Positions 9,250 through 18,927 of a stretch of DNA of 64,000 nucleotides are shown here, piece by piece. This stretch comes from Rhodospirillales bacterium CG15_BIG_FIL_POST_REV_8_21_14_020_66_15. GTDB lineage: Bacteria > Pseudomonadota > Alphaproteobacteria > Rhodospirillales > Casp-alpha2. The DNA lies in assembly GCA_002781745.1 (NCBI GenBank), contig PFFW01000154.1:6515-70514 (forward strand), written 5' to 3'. Each line of letters begins with the position of its first letter. The first letter of the stretch is position 1. Both the position numbers and the translations under genes were made by a program. The notes beneath the pieces are model-generated. The model saw only the letters and a list, made by a program, of their open reading frames with translations, did no database searches and was not told where the DNA came from.

Positions 9250-9834
9250 CTACCACTTCGTCGATTGGACCTGAAGGTCCGGATGAGAAACGAGACAATG
9301 CCAGACCACGGCCTGGAAGGCTTCCGTGTGAGGTGTCACCAGGTTCGGATCGACCGTCGGCACGATGACCACCTCGTCTCCGATCTTCGCCGTGTGGCCG
9401 CCGTCGCGTCCGACGACGCCGAGGATCTTCGCGCCGACCTCCTTGGCCAGTTCCAGCGCGTGCAGCAGGTTGACGCTGACGTTCCTTTCAAGGTTTCCCC
9501 CGCCGACGGAAAACACGAAGACCGCATCGTCGGCGGACAGGCGGCTGATCTTCAGCCAGCCCGCAAACACCGTTTCCCAGCCCTCGTCGTTGGTGCGGGC
9601 CGTCAACTCGGACACGTTGTCCGTCGGGGCGTAGGTTTCGATGCCGCACAGCTTGCGGAAATCATTGACCGCGTGGGACGCGTTCGCGGCGCTTCCGCCG
9701 ACGCCGAGAACGAACAGTCGTCCGCCGCGTTCGCGCAGCGCGCTCAGTTCCCTGACCATGGCCTCGATCGCGTCGCCGTCGATTTGGGCGGCGATCTCCT
9801 GGACTTGTTTCATGTAGGTTGTCGCGTGTCCCAT
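9250..9834 (-). CDS. gmhA: SIS-domain sugar-phosphate isomerase, GmhA-like
   Basis: LFVLGVGGSAANASHAVNDF, SELTARTND, FSVGGG, HTEAFQ. ATG 9834 with AAGGAG RBS. Only the C-terminal part of track ORF 9250..11118 is real. Confidence 0.8.
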   Translation of the reverse strand: MGHATTYMKQVQEIAAQIDGDAIEAMVRELSALRERGGRLFVLGVGGSAANASHAVNDFRKLCGIETYAPTDNVSELTARTNDEGWETVFAGWLKISRLSADDAVFVFSVGGGNLERNVSVNLLHALELAKEVGAKILGVVGRDGGHTAKIGDEVVIVPTVDPNLVTPHTEAFQAVVWHCLVSHPDLQVQSTKW

Positions 9835-9854
9835 TTGGGCTCCTTGCGTTCGGA

Positions 9855-11609
9855 TCAAAGTTGCTGCATCTCGACCAGCCGCGCAAAGGCGCCGTCGCGG
9901 CGCATCAGCTGGTCGAAGGTTCCCTGTTCGACAATCCGGCCACGCTCCATGACGGCGATGTTGTCGGCGCGCTTGATCGTCGAGAGACGGTGCGCGATCA
10001 CCAGGAACGTCGTCGTTCCCACGATGGTTTCGATCGCCGATTGGATCAGCTGCTCGCTTTTCGTGTCCAACGCGCTCGTCGCTTCGTCCAGGATAAGCAA
10101 CGTCGGCTTGCGCACCAGGGCCCGGGCCAGGGAGATTCGTTGCGCCTGCCCGCCGGAAAGACGGAACCCCTGATCTCCGACGATCGTATCGTATCCGTTC
10201 TCCAGGTCCGCGACGAATTCCTCGGCGTTGGCCAGCCGGCAGGCCTCGCGGATTTCCTCGTCGCTGGCACCTGGATTGGCGAAGGCGATGTTGTCGCGGA
10301 CGCTGGCGTGGAAAAGCGAGGTCCGTTGCGGTACGTAGCCCAGCCTTCCGCGATAGGCGGAGATGTCGACTTCGCGCATCGGCACGCCGTCGATGCCGAC
10401 CGTTCCCGCGCTCGGATGCAGCAATCCCATGACAATGTCCGCCAAGGTCGACTTGCCGGCGCCCGACGCCCCGACCAGCGCGGTCATCTTTCCGGACGGA
10501 ATCTCCAGATTGATTGCGTCGAGGACGGGAACCGCGGAATTGTAGGAAAAGGAGACGTTGTCGAGGACGATTGCATCCGTAAGCCTGTCGAAGGGCTTCG
10601 AGCCAAAATGAACGGTCGACTCTTCCGCCTGACGTCGCACCTTCATCACCTGTTCGAAGCTCGGATAAAGGCTGATCAGTTGCGATCGGTTCTGATTGAT
10701 GTTGGCGACGGTCCCCGCGAGGCGGTTGAACGCATAGAGGACGACGGCGATTTCGGCCAACGGCACGCCCAACCGCTGTCCCGACAGGAAGGTGGCGAAC
10801 ACCACGACGATCCCGATCGGCGCATGAAGCGAATAGATCGTCGATTGAATGAATTGAAGGCCGATCGACGCCGACCGCAGCGCGGCGAAGGCGTGGCGCA
10901 GGCGCTCGATCGCCGGCCGGATGTTCCCGAACCCGATGATCAGGCGGGCGTTCTGGAGGGATTCCTGCAATGCCGTCGAAAATTCGTTGTTGGCCTTCGT
11001 GTTCACCTGTCCCAGGCCGTATACACGTGCGCGGAATGTTCTCAGGGGGACAAGGAGTACGGCCGCGACGGCCATGGCGATGGCGGTGACCTGCCACGAA
11101 ACGAAAAAGGGAATCCACAACAGAACGATGACCTGTGCGGCGGGCGCGATCATGCGCGTCAACGCTGTGAATGCGTCGGCCACGCGCGCGACCTCGATCG
11201 TCAGGGTGTTGATGAAATCGCCCTGCCGTTGTCCGGCAAGAAAGGTCACGCTTGACGACAGGACGCGTTCCGCGGTGCCGACGACCATGTCCGCGCGAAC
11301 GACGAATTGCGCACGCAACAGGAAATAATTGATGGCGATCAGCAGGACGCTGTTGAGGATCGTCAGGACGACGAACACGGAAAGATAGACGACGATACCG
11401 CCGTCCAGGCCGAGGAACGCCATCGCCGACATTATATACGGCGACAGCGTGTCGCCGCCGCCTTCCTGCGTCAGCAGGCTGACGATCGGCGCGATCGAGG
11501 CGAGGGTCGCCGCATCGACCATCATCAGCAGCAGCGCCAAGACGACGTTCCCGGCGAACAGGGTCGGGTAGCGCCTGAAGAGCTCGTAACCGAAGCGCGA
11601 GATGCTCAT
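9855..11609 (-). CDS. ABC transporter permease+ATPase half-transporter (MsbA/PglK-like putative glycan flippase)
   Basis: N-terminal TM helices, Walker A GASGAGKST, LSGGQAQR, LLILDEAT, IAHRL. Confidence 0.92.
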   Translation of the reverse strand: MSISRFGYELFRRYPTLFAGNVVLALLLMMVDAATLASIAPIVSLLTQEGGGDTLSPYIMSAMAFLGLDGGIVVYLSVFVVLTILNSVLLIAINYFLLRAQFVVRADMVVGTAERVLSSSVTFLAGQRQGDFINTLTIEVARVADAFTALTRMIAPAAQVIVLLWIPFFVSWQVTAIAMAVAAVLLVPLRTFRARVYGLGQVNTKANNEFSTALQESLQNARLIIGFGNIRPAIERLRHAFAALRSASIGLQFIQSTIYSLHAPIGIVVVFATFLSGQRLGVPLAEIAVVLYAFNRLAGTVANINQNRSQLISLYPSFEQVMKVRRQAEESTVHFGSKPFDRLTDAIVLDNVSFSYNSAVPVLDAINLEIPSGKMTALVGASGAGKSTLADIVMGLLHPSAGTVGIDGVPMREVDISAYRGRLGYVPQRTSLFHASVRDNIAFANPGASDEEIREACRLANAEEFVADLENGYDTIVGDQGFRLSGGQAQRISLARALVRKPTLLILDEATSALDTKSEQLIQSAIETIVGTTTFLVIAHRLSTIKRADNIAVMERGRIVEQGTFDQLMRRDGAFARLVEMQQL

Positions 11610-12781
11610 GTCAATTGGGTCGCGATTTCCTTGGCGACGTACTCGACCTCCTCGTCCGTCATCGACGGGAAAAAGGGGATCGATAGTGTTCGCGCGTAAT
11701 GCGCCTCGGCCACGGGAAAGGCGCCTCCAGCAGGGGACAGTCGTGCCGCGTGGAAGGGTTGCCGGTGGACCGGGATGTAGTGGACCTGGGTGCCGATCCC
11801 GGCGTCGCGAAGCCCCGCCATAACGTCGCTGCGTCGCCGTCCCAGACGATCGAAGTCGACGTCGATCGTGTACAGGTGGAGACCGGATCTCGCGCGTTGA
11901 TCGGGCCGGGACTGCGGAAGGGCCACCTTGTCCAGTCCGGCAAAGCAGCCGTCGTAATAGGCGGCGATCTCCCGCCGCCGTGCGAGGAAGCTGTCCAGCC
12001 GGTTCAACTGCGCCACGCCGAGAGCGGCCTGCAGATCGGTCATCCGGTAGTTGAACCCGAGCGCCTGCTGCTCGTATCGCCAGGGTCCGTCCTCGTCGGG
12101 CAGGGATCCGGCGAAGCGGCCGGGATCCCGTTCGATACCGTGGTTCCGCAGCAGGCGGAGCCGCCGCGCGAGTTCGTCGTCGTTGGTCGTCACCGCGCCG
12201 CCCTCGCCCGTGGTGATCGGCTTGACGGGATGGAACGAGAACGCCGCCATGTCCGAAAAGGCGCAGCCGCCCACGGCCTCTCCGTTTTCGTGGGTGCCTC
12301 CAAGGGCGTGACAGGCGTCCTCGATGACGACCAGGCCTTCGGCGGCCCGTCGGAGCGCCTCGGACGATTGGGCCAGACCGCCATAGTGTACAGGCAGGAC
12401 GGCCCGCGCGTCGCCGTGATGCCGCTTGAAGTCGCCGACCGTTTCCGGCGACAGGCAGCGGCTGTCGGAATTGACGTCCAAGATCGTCACCTCGGCGCCG
12501 CAGTAGGTCGGCGCATTGGCGGTCGCAACGAAGGTCAGGTCCGCGACCCCGGCGCGGTCGCCGGGCCCGAGACCGGCGGCCAGGCAGGCCAGGTGAAGGG
12601 CGGCGGTGCCGTTGCAGACGGCGACGGCATGGCGGGCGCCGACGCGTTCGGCGAGCGCGCGTTCGAACCGTTCGACCGCGGGGCCCTGTGTCAGAAAGTC
12701 GCTTTTCAGAGCATCGACGACGGCGGCGATATCCGCCTCGCCGATGGTCTGGCGGCCGTATCCGAGGAACCGCGCGGTCAA
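11606..12781 (-). CDS. pseC: UDP-4-amino-4,6-dideoxy-N-acetyl-L-altrosamine transaminase (PLP, DegT family)
   Basis: FLGYGRQTI...SDFLTQGP, IEDACHALG, FSFHPVKPITTGEGG, LGFNYRMTD, QVHYIPVH. TTG 12781 with GGGAGA RBS, directly after pseB. Confidence 0.88.
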   Translation of the reverse strand: MTARFLGYGRQTIGEADIAAVVDALKSDFLTQGPAVERFERALAERVGARHAVAVCNGTAALHLACLAAGLGPGDRAGVADLTFVATANAPTYCGAEVTILDVNSDSRCLSPETVGDFKRHHGDARAVLPVHYGGLAQSSEALRRAAEGLVVIEDACHALGGTHENGEAVGGCAFSDMAAFSFHPVKPITTGEGGAVTTNDDELARRLRLLRNHGIERDPGRFAGSLPDEDGPWRYEQQALGFNYRMTDLQAALGVAQLNRLDSFLARRREIAAYYDGCFAGLDKVALPQSRPDQRARSGLHLYTIDVDFDRLGRRRSDVMAGLRDAGIGTQVHYIPVHRQPFHAARLSPAGGAFPVAEAHYARTLSIPFFPSMTDEEVEYVAKEIATQLT

Positions 12782-12783
12782 GG

Positions 12784-13776
12784 TCAGTCTCCCAGTCCGA
12801 TCATATCGCGCAAATCCTCGGCGCCGACCCATTGGGGGTTGCCGTCGCTTGTATAGGAGAAACCCTCCGGCACGGGATTGCCGGCGCGTCCGTTGTACAT
12901 CCTGGGCTCTTCCGGGTTCCACATGTGGAAATCGGGTCGGATCACGTAGAAGTTCTCGAATTCAAGGGTCTGACGGGCTTCGTCGACCGGGATCATGATT
13001 TCATGCAGCTTTTCACCGGGGCGGATTCCCGTCACCTTCTGCGCGCAGTCGGGAGCGACGGCGGAAGCCAGGTCGACGATCCGCATGGATGGAATCTTGG
13101 GGACGAACACCTCGCCGCCGCGCATCATTCCGTAGCTGTCGATGACAAACCGGACGCCTTGTTCGACGGTCAGCCAAAAACGTGTCATGCGCGTATCCGT
13201 GATGTGCAGGGTGCCCGTTTCCTTCTGCCTTTGAAACACGGGGATGACGCTGCCGCGTGAACCGATGACGTTGCCGTAACGGACCACGGAAAAACGGCAC
13301 CCCTGGTTCCCGGAGATGTTGTTCGCGGCGATGAACAGCTTGTCCGAGCACAGCTTGCTGGCGCCGTACAGGTTGATGGGATTGACGGCTTTGTCCGTCG
13401 ACAGGGCGATGACCTTTTTGACACCCGCGTTGATGCTGGCGTTGATGACGTTTTCCGCGCCCATGACGTTGGTCATGATGCATTCGATCGGATTGTATTC
13501 GGAAGCGACCACCTGTTTCATGGCGGCGGCGTGGATCACCGTATCGATGCCGTTAAGGGCGCGTTCCAGCCGCCCCGCATCGCGCACGTCACCGATGAAA
13601 TACCGCAGGTTCGGCGCGCTCAACTCGTTCGCCATTTCGAACTGTTTCAGTTCGTCCCGGGAATAGACCACCAGGCGCTTGACGTTGTGTTCGGCCAACA
13701 CGTGTTTGACGAACGCCTTGCCGAACGAACCGGTGCCGCCGGTGATTAGAAGCGATCTGCCTTCGAGTGATGTCAA
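12784..13776 (-). CDS. pseB: UDP-GlcNAc 4,6-dehydratase (inverting)
   Basis: LITGGTGSFG, YSRDELKQFEM, HAAAMKQV, LSTDKAVNPINLYGASK, VRYGNV, GIRPGEKLHE. Confidence 0.95.
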   Translation of the reverse strand: MTSLEGRSLLITGGTGSFGKAFVKHVLAEHNVKRLVVYSRDELKQFEMANELSAPNLRYFIGDVRDAGRLERALNGIDTVIHAAAMKQVVASEYNPIECIMTNVMGAENVINASINAGVKKVIALSTDKAVNPINLYGASKLCSDKLFIAANNISGNQGCRFSVVRYGNVIGSRGSVIPVFQRQKETGTLHITDTRMTRFWLTVEQGVRFVIDSYGMMRGGEVFVPKIPSMRIVDLASAVAPDCAQKVTGIRPGEKLHEIMIPVDEARQTLEFENFYVIRPDFHMWNPEEPRMYNGRAGNPVPEGFSYTSDGNPQWVGAEDLRDMIGLGD

Positions 13777-13853
13777 AGTTCACGTCCTTCGGAAGTTGCA
13801 AGCAGGGGATGATCTGGGGCGGGAGGACCGCGACGGCCGCGCGCCACGATCTC

Positions 13854-15143
13854 TCAGATCGATGTGTTCAGGGGGGACCGGGCTTCGAAAACGTCGGCGA
13901 CCTTCTCCCAGATCGGGCCGTCGTGCGCGCCGGGGGCGATGGCGAATTTTTCGACGAAGGCCCGATAAATCCGCTCGTCTACCTCGGGGACGGGAATCGC
14001 GGTGTCGGGGTTCCGCATGAAGGCATCCAGATTGATCCTCGGCTGGTCAAGCCAGCTGGAACGGGACTCGATGTCGGCTTTGATGATCGTTGCCTCGAGG
14101 GCGTCGTTGGTGAGAAACAGGATCGGCTTCCGGTACAGCGCGGATATTACCGTCGCGGTGCTTTGGTGTTGCAGGGTCAGTGCGCTGTTCTTGATCAGCG
14201 CCGGGGTGGTTCCGATAAATACCGGACGGCGACCGAACAGGGTTTCAACCTCGTCGGGGTTGTAATTCGCCTTGGGGTGCAGGGAAATCACGACCGGCAG
14301 ATCGAACTGCCTTTCGACCTTTTCGAAAAACGTGCGGAGGCTGGCGAAATACGCGGCCTCGTCAAGGCGGACCGGAATGTTTTCGATCTGAAAATCCGGA
14401 TGATGGCAAAGCGCGGAATCGATAAAGACCGCGTAAGGTTCTGCCGGTCTCGGGTCGGGGGCGACGGTCGCACGCTTGGCCCAGAACACCTCGAAGCCCT
14501 CGACACTGACGACCTCGCTGCGGTTCACCTTGAAGGAATGATCCGCGAACGGTTGCCGCCAGGTCCCAGCCCGGACCCAGAGAAGGGGAGCCGGCAGGCG
14601 GAAGAACGCGGGCCCGATCTCGCCGATCAGCTTCAGCCGGACCTTGATCCTGTACAATAGGTGACGCAAGGCGGAGACGGCACAGATGACACCGCGCCAG
14701 GGGCTGCGGCGGAACACGATCCTGCAGTTCCTCCCCATAGGCAGCGCGGCCAGCGACGCGCGCACGAACTTCAGGTCGCGTTGGGCGAACGCCAAGTACA
14801 GCCAACTCGACTCGCGGGAAAGCGCGGGAAGCGCCAGGATCAGGTCGGTTGGAGACAGGGTGTCCAGGAATTCGGCGAGCTCCTGACGGGTGCGCGGGGT
14901 ATAGGCGTCCGGCAACGCCTGGAAGGCACCACGTGACAGTGCGTTCAGGTTCATGCCTTCCAAGGCTTCTCCGCATTGGACGACCGACACGTCGTATCCC
15001 CTGGCTGCGAAGACATCGCATCCGAAACGCACCCAGTCGCGGGAGGTGAACAGGTGCCGGCAGAAGATGACATAGCGGCGCCGCGGCCGGGCAGGGGGCC
15101 GGGAAGAATCCGCAGGTTTGGGGGCGGACACGAACGAATTCAT
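13854..15143 (-). CDS. Uncharacterised protein, candidate GT-B nonulosonate/polysaccharide transferase
   Basis: C-terminal FIDS...VVISLHPK...STATVISALYRKPILFL resembles HP-motif sialyltransferase-like or capsule proteins. Start re-picked at ATG 15143. Confidence 0.45.
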   Translation of the reverse strand: MNSFVSAPKPADSSRPPARPRRRYVIFCRHLFTSRDWVRFGCDVFAARGYDVSVVQCGEALEGMNLNALSRGAFQALPDAYTPRTRQELAEFLDTLSPTDLILALPALSRESSWLYLAFAQRDLKFVRASLAALPMGRNCRIVFRRSPWRGVICAVSALRHLLYRIKVRLKLIGEIGPAFFRLPAPLLWVRAGTWRQPFADHSFKVNRSEVVSVEGFEVFWAKRATVAPDPRPAEPYAVFIDSALCHHPDFQIENIPVRLDEAAYFASLRTFFEKVERQFDLPVVISLHPKANYNPDEVETLFGRRPVFIGTTPALIKNSALTLQHQSTATVISALYRKPILFLTNDALEATIIKADIESRSSWLDQPRINLDAFMRNPDTAIPVPEVDERIYRAFVEKFAIAPGAHDGPIWEKVADVFEARSPLNTSI

Positions 15144-15200
15144 TTCTCGATGCAGGTCAAGGAAAGGCGGGCAGCCGGCGCTCGGCACATCGGGCGCCGC

Positions 15201-16109
15201 TCACGCGGAGACCCCGTCAAGGAGTGCCGAAACCCAGGCTTCAATGCCGTCACGGAACGGCGTATAGGGAAAATCCGGGACAAGGGCATCGAGTTTCGTC
15301 GTATCGTAATACCGATGCCCCGCGACATAGGCGTTGACGTCCTGCGCATCGGGGCCGGGACAATACGCGGTCGCGCTCAGCTCCGCACCCAGGCAGCGGG
15401 CAATCTCCTGATAGTATTCAAGGTGCGTCATCAGATCGGGACCCGCCGCGGTGAAATCCTCGCCGATCGCCGCGTCGTTCCCAGCCACCGCGAGGATCAG
15501 GCGCGCCAGGTCATCGGCGTGGATCGGCTGTATCAAGCCAAGGCCGGCGTGCAGCAGGTTCAGCGTCCTGCCGCCCCGGATGTCCTGCAGCAGCGTCGGC
15601 CGCCGGCCGTGCTGCGGGATGGTGCCGGGATTGCTGCCGGGGCCGTAAATATGCGGCGGCCGCAGGATCGTTGCCGCGCACCGTCCTTCGGCCTGGGCCT
15701 GCATCAGGGCCAGCTCGGCCCGCCGCTTGTTGCCGCCGTAATCTTCGCGGTCCGAAAACCGGGCATCCGATTCCTTCATGAACAGCTTGCGGTGAGCCGG
15801 ATCGTAGGCGTAGTCGGAACTGACCATGACCACGCGCTTGCAACGCCGCGCCAGATCCACCGACTGGGCGATGTGGTCCGGATTCTGACAGATGACGTCG
15901 AGGACGGCGTCGAACTCATGACTGTCGGCGATGGCCGACAAGTCCGTTTCGTTCCGGTCGGCCCTGATGTGCTCGAATCCGCCGGACTGCGGAAAGGGCA
16001 GTTCACCACGCGTGATGGCGATGACGCCGTGCCCCGCTTCGAGCGCGAAGCGGAGGACGCGACCCGAGACGAAGCCGCTGCCGCCGAACAATAAAAATTT
16101 CATGGGCAT
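15201..16109 (-). CDS. NAD-dependent epimerase/dehydratase family protein
   Basis: KFLLFGGSGF, YGGNK, LRPPHIYGPG. Start at ATG 16109 or 16103. Confidence 0.8.
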   Translation of the reverse strand: MPMKFLLFGGSGFVSGRVLRFALEAGHGVIAITRGELPFPQSGGFEHIRADRNETDLSAIADSHEFDAVLDVICQNPDHIAQSVDLARRCKRVVMVSSDYAYDPAHRKLFMKESDARFSDREDYGGNKRRAELALMQAQAEGRCAATILRPPHIYGPGSNPGTIPQHGRRPTLLQDIRGGRTLNLLHAGLGLIQPIHADDLARLILAVAGNDAAIGEDFTAAGPDLMTHLEYYQEIARCLGAELSATAYCPGPDAQDVNAYVAGHRYYDTTKLDALVPDFPYTPFRDGIEAWVSALLDGVSA

Positions 16110-16132
16110 CTGGTGCGGTCGATCGTTGCGTT

Positions 16133-17059
16133 TCAGGCCGACAGTTCCTGCCGGTCGATGCGCAATCCGTGGGATTTGGATTCGAGCATCACTTCCGTCG
16201 GTCGCGCGTTCAGATAGACACAGCCATTGCAGGCAGGGTTCTCCTCGATCCGGCCGGTTGCATTCATGGATTGCAGATTCCGGCATTTCTCGCCGGTGAG
16301 GATTTCGTCAAGGGTCCGGTGCTGCAGGGAGCCCATGGACAGCGTGTAGTTGATGTCCATCGAACAGGGAATGACGTCACCGTAGATTCCGATAAGGATC
16401 TGGTCCATGTGCGTGACGCTTTTGCAGGGGCATCGGTCTTCCTGGCGCGGGCGCAGGTCCGGAAAGATGTTTGACCAGGCATGCGGTTTCCAGACTTCGA
16501 ATTCGTCCGCCGCATCCCAGTAGCGTTCCTTGATCAATTCGACGTCGCGCTCCATGCCGTCCAGCATCAACGTATAGACTTCGATCCAGACGGGATGGCC
16601 CGCGTGTTCGTTGATCTCGATGAATTCGTCGATTCTGGCCCGTGCCTTCTCCGCCAGCTTCCGGTCCTTATAGACCTTGTCACTGAACTCCTCGGAGTAG
16701 GCCAGGATCGAGAACCGCATGTGCGACGCAAGCTCCTCGGCGACGATGGCCTCGCTGAAGGGCCTGCGCCACACTTCCATGTTGGACGAAAGGCCGACCT
16801 TGAGTTGCGGCGCTTCCCTTTTGATGAATCGCAGGCGGTCGAGCAGAAAGCGGTCGCACGAGGCATCGCCCATGCCGCCGAACCGGATCAAGCTGTCGAT
16901 TTCATGATTGTCGCGCAGGTCCAGAATGATCTTCTCGAACAATTTCTGGTCCATGTAGCCGAAGCGGTGCCCATAGTGGTCTTCGCGCGGACAAACGACA
17001 CACTTGGCGTTGCAGATGGTCGTGGTTTCGATGCCGACGTATTTGAAGGTATGGGTCAT
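16133..17059 (-). CDS. Radical SAM protein with SPASM/twitch-like C-terminus
   Basis: CNAKCVVC (CxxxCxxC); C-terminal C...GDVIPC...GSL...CNGC. Confidence 0.88.
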   Translation of the reverse strand: MTHTFKYVGIETTTICNAKCVVCPREDHYGHRFGYMDQKLFEKIILDLRDNHEIDSLIRFGGMGDASCDRFLLDRLRFIKREAPQLKVGLSSNMEVWRRPFSEAIVAEELASHMRFSILAYSEEFSDKVYKDRKLAEKARARIDEFIEINEHAGHPVWIEVYTLMLDGMERDVELIKERYWDAADEFEVWKPHAWSNIFPDLRPRQEDRCPCKSVTHMDQILIGIYGDVIPCSMDINYTLSMGSLQHRTLDEILTGEKCRNLQSMNATGRIEENPACNGCVYLNARPTEVMLESKSHGLRIDRQELSA

Positions 17060-17062
17060 GAA

Positions 17063-18004
17063 TCAGGGGCCTTTGGCGATTGAAGTCTCGTTCAGGCTGT
17101 CCATGGCAAGGACGTGGTCGAGGCGCGGAACCTCCATCGGGTCGGAGGCGTCGTTCAGTCTGCTCTGAAACCCGATGCGGATACCGCGGGCGTCAAGGTA
17201 GGCGAGCAGACGGCCGTCATAATCCCCACAAGGGTAGGCGATGCAATCCGGGGCGTCGCCCGTCGTCTTCTCCAGCCATTCGGCGTTGGTGTCGATTTCC
17301 CATTTCTGTTCGTCGAAGGGCTGGTCCGTGATGCGCGTCGGATGGGTGTGGCTGTGCAATCCGACGATATGACCGTCCTCGTGCAATGCCCGAAGCTGTC
17401 GGCGGTCCATCCAGAGATTGCGCCGCGCCTGCGCCGGGTCGAAGGGATAGGTATCGATCAGCGAATCCATCACTTCGGCAAAGGCCTCGCGCCCAAGAAT
17501 ACGATCACGGATGAATCGGAATTTCCTGTCACCTTCGCTATAGAATGGGTACTCGGACAGGTAATTGCCAGGATTGAAATCGGAGAGTCCTTTCAGGATT
17601 CGCCGGCGCCACCGGGTCCCGTTCCAGAAGCCGTCGAATGCCGCATAGAACGCGTCCACGTCCGGAAAGCAGAGGGTTCGAAAATACCGGTAGATTTCGA
17701 GCCGGTCCGGCGCGCCCGCCAAGGGTCCGGTGTAGGGAAACCAGAACGCAGTCAGGCCGCGTGCCTGCAGGACAGGCAGGGCGACGTCGTATTGGCACAA
17801 CAGTCCGTCGTCGAAGGTCAGGCAGATTTCCCCGCTTGTCAGGTCTCCGCGCAGACGGCGTTCTCGCCACTCCCGTGCGCACAGGATCCGATCCGCATAG
17901 GCATCCAGAAGCGCATCGAACTGATCGGCCGAAATGGCCCCCTGGCCCGCAAGGTGACGCCCGCCATCGCGGAAATGATGGAACATCAGGCCGATCGGGA
18001 TCAT
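17063..18004 (-). CDS. Polysaccharide deacetylase (NodB/CE4-like)
   Basis: LMFHH, CLTFDDG, GLHSHTH, AYPCG. Confidence 0.85.
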   Translation of the reverse strand: MIPIGLMFHHFRDGGRHLAGQGAISADQFDALLDAYADRILCAREWRERRLRGDLTSGEICLTFDDGLLCQYDVALPVLQARGLTAFWFPYTGPLAGAPDRLEIYRYFRTLCFPDVDAFYAAFDGFWNGTRWRRRILKGLSDFNPGNYLSEYPFYSEGDRKFRFIRDRILGREAFAEVMDSLIDTYPFDPAQARRNLWMDRRQLRALHEDGHIVGLHSHTHPTRITDQPFDEQKWEIDTNAEWLEKTTGDAPDCIAYPCGDYDGRLLAYLDARGIRIGFQSRLNDASDPMEVPRLDHVLAMDSLNETSIAKGP

Positions 18005-18021
18005 GGGGGCCCCCGCGTCCG

Positions 18022-18927
18022 TCAGGGGTTCGACTCAGCCACGGCGATCAGCGTGTCGGTCGCGTTCAATTCCGCCAGATAGTCGCCGTATGCGGCCTGA
18101 AACCCGCTTCGTTCGAAATGCGCATATCTCTCGTGCCCGCCGGGCATGCCGTCGAGGAACCAACCGAGATGGTTGGTGAACCCATAACGTTGATGACGCA
18201 TGATCTCGATCTGTCCGTACCCCGCCGCCTCGAGTACCGCCGCCACCGACGCCTCGGTGTGCAGGACAAGGTGTTCGCTCCAGAATGTGAAGTCCCTGAA
18301 CGCCGGGAGGTCGACCGACTGGATCAGGAAATCCCGCGCGTGAGGCACTTCGACGACGATTTTTCCCCGCGGCGCGAGCGTGTCGCGAATTTCGGACAGC
18401 ACCGTCACTTGATGAGGGATATGTTCCAGAACATGGAACAGGGTCACCACATCGAATGCCCGTTCGAAATCACCGATTGCCGGGGCGACGTCCACGCCGG
18501 AATCCGTTAGACGCAGATGGGTCTGACAGTGCCGGCGCAACTCGACGCCGCAGCGTTCCGCGGCATGGCCCCTGTTCAAAGAGAGAAATCCGCCGTATCC
18601 GCATCCGAAATCGCAGATGCGGGCACCCGCCGTCAGGTTCCGGAACATCTCGAAATGGCGCCGATCGTCGGGCAGCGCGGCGGCGCGGACGCTGTCGCCG
18701 TCGGCCAGGGCGGTGATCGTCTGTTCGCCTTCGCGGTCCTGCGCCTTCTCCATCTCGTAATATTCGTCCGAAGTTTCCGCCGCTTGAAGGAAGATGATTC
18801 CCGAGGTCTCGTCCATAAGGACGGGAATGGCCCTGTCCCGGGTCTTCGGATGACAGAGGCGGACCGTGTCCGGGTTCAGCACGCCCAGGCCGACAAGCTC
18901 GTCGAAGACGGGATTGGTGATGTTCAT
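18022..18927 (-). CDS. Class I SAM-dependent methyltransferase
   Basis: CDFGCGYGGFL, DVVTLFHVLEH, EVPHA, SEHLVLH. ATG 18927 overlaps the upstream stop (ATGA). Confidence 0.85.
   Translation of the reverse strand: MNITNPVFDELVGLGVLNPDTVRLCHPKTRDRAIPVLMDETSGIIFLQAAETSDEYYEMEKAQDREGEQTITALADGDSVRAAALPDDRRHFEMFRNLTAGARICDFGCGYGGFLSLNRGHAAERCGVELRRHCQTHLRLTDSGVDVAPAIGDFERAFDVVTLFHVLEHIPHQVTVLSEIRDTLAPRGKIVVEVPHARDFLIQSVDLPAFRDFTFWSEHLVLHTEASVAAVLEAAGYGQIEIMRHQRYGFTNHLGWFLDGMPGGHERYAHFERSGFQAAYGDYLAELNATDTLIAVAESNP

Noticed and set aside
9835-11118. Long N-terminal extension of track ORF 9250..11118
   Set aside because: It overlaps the ABC transporter in another frame and is Arg/Gly-rich noise. 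The real gmhA start at 9834 has a good RBS.
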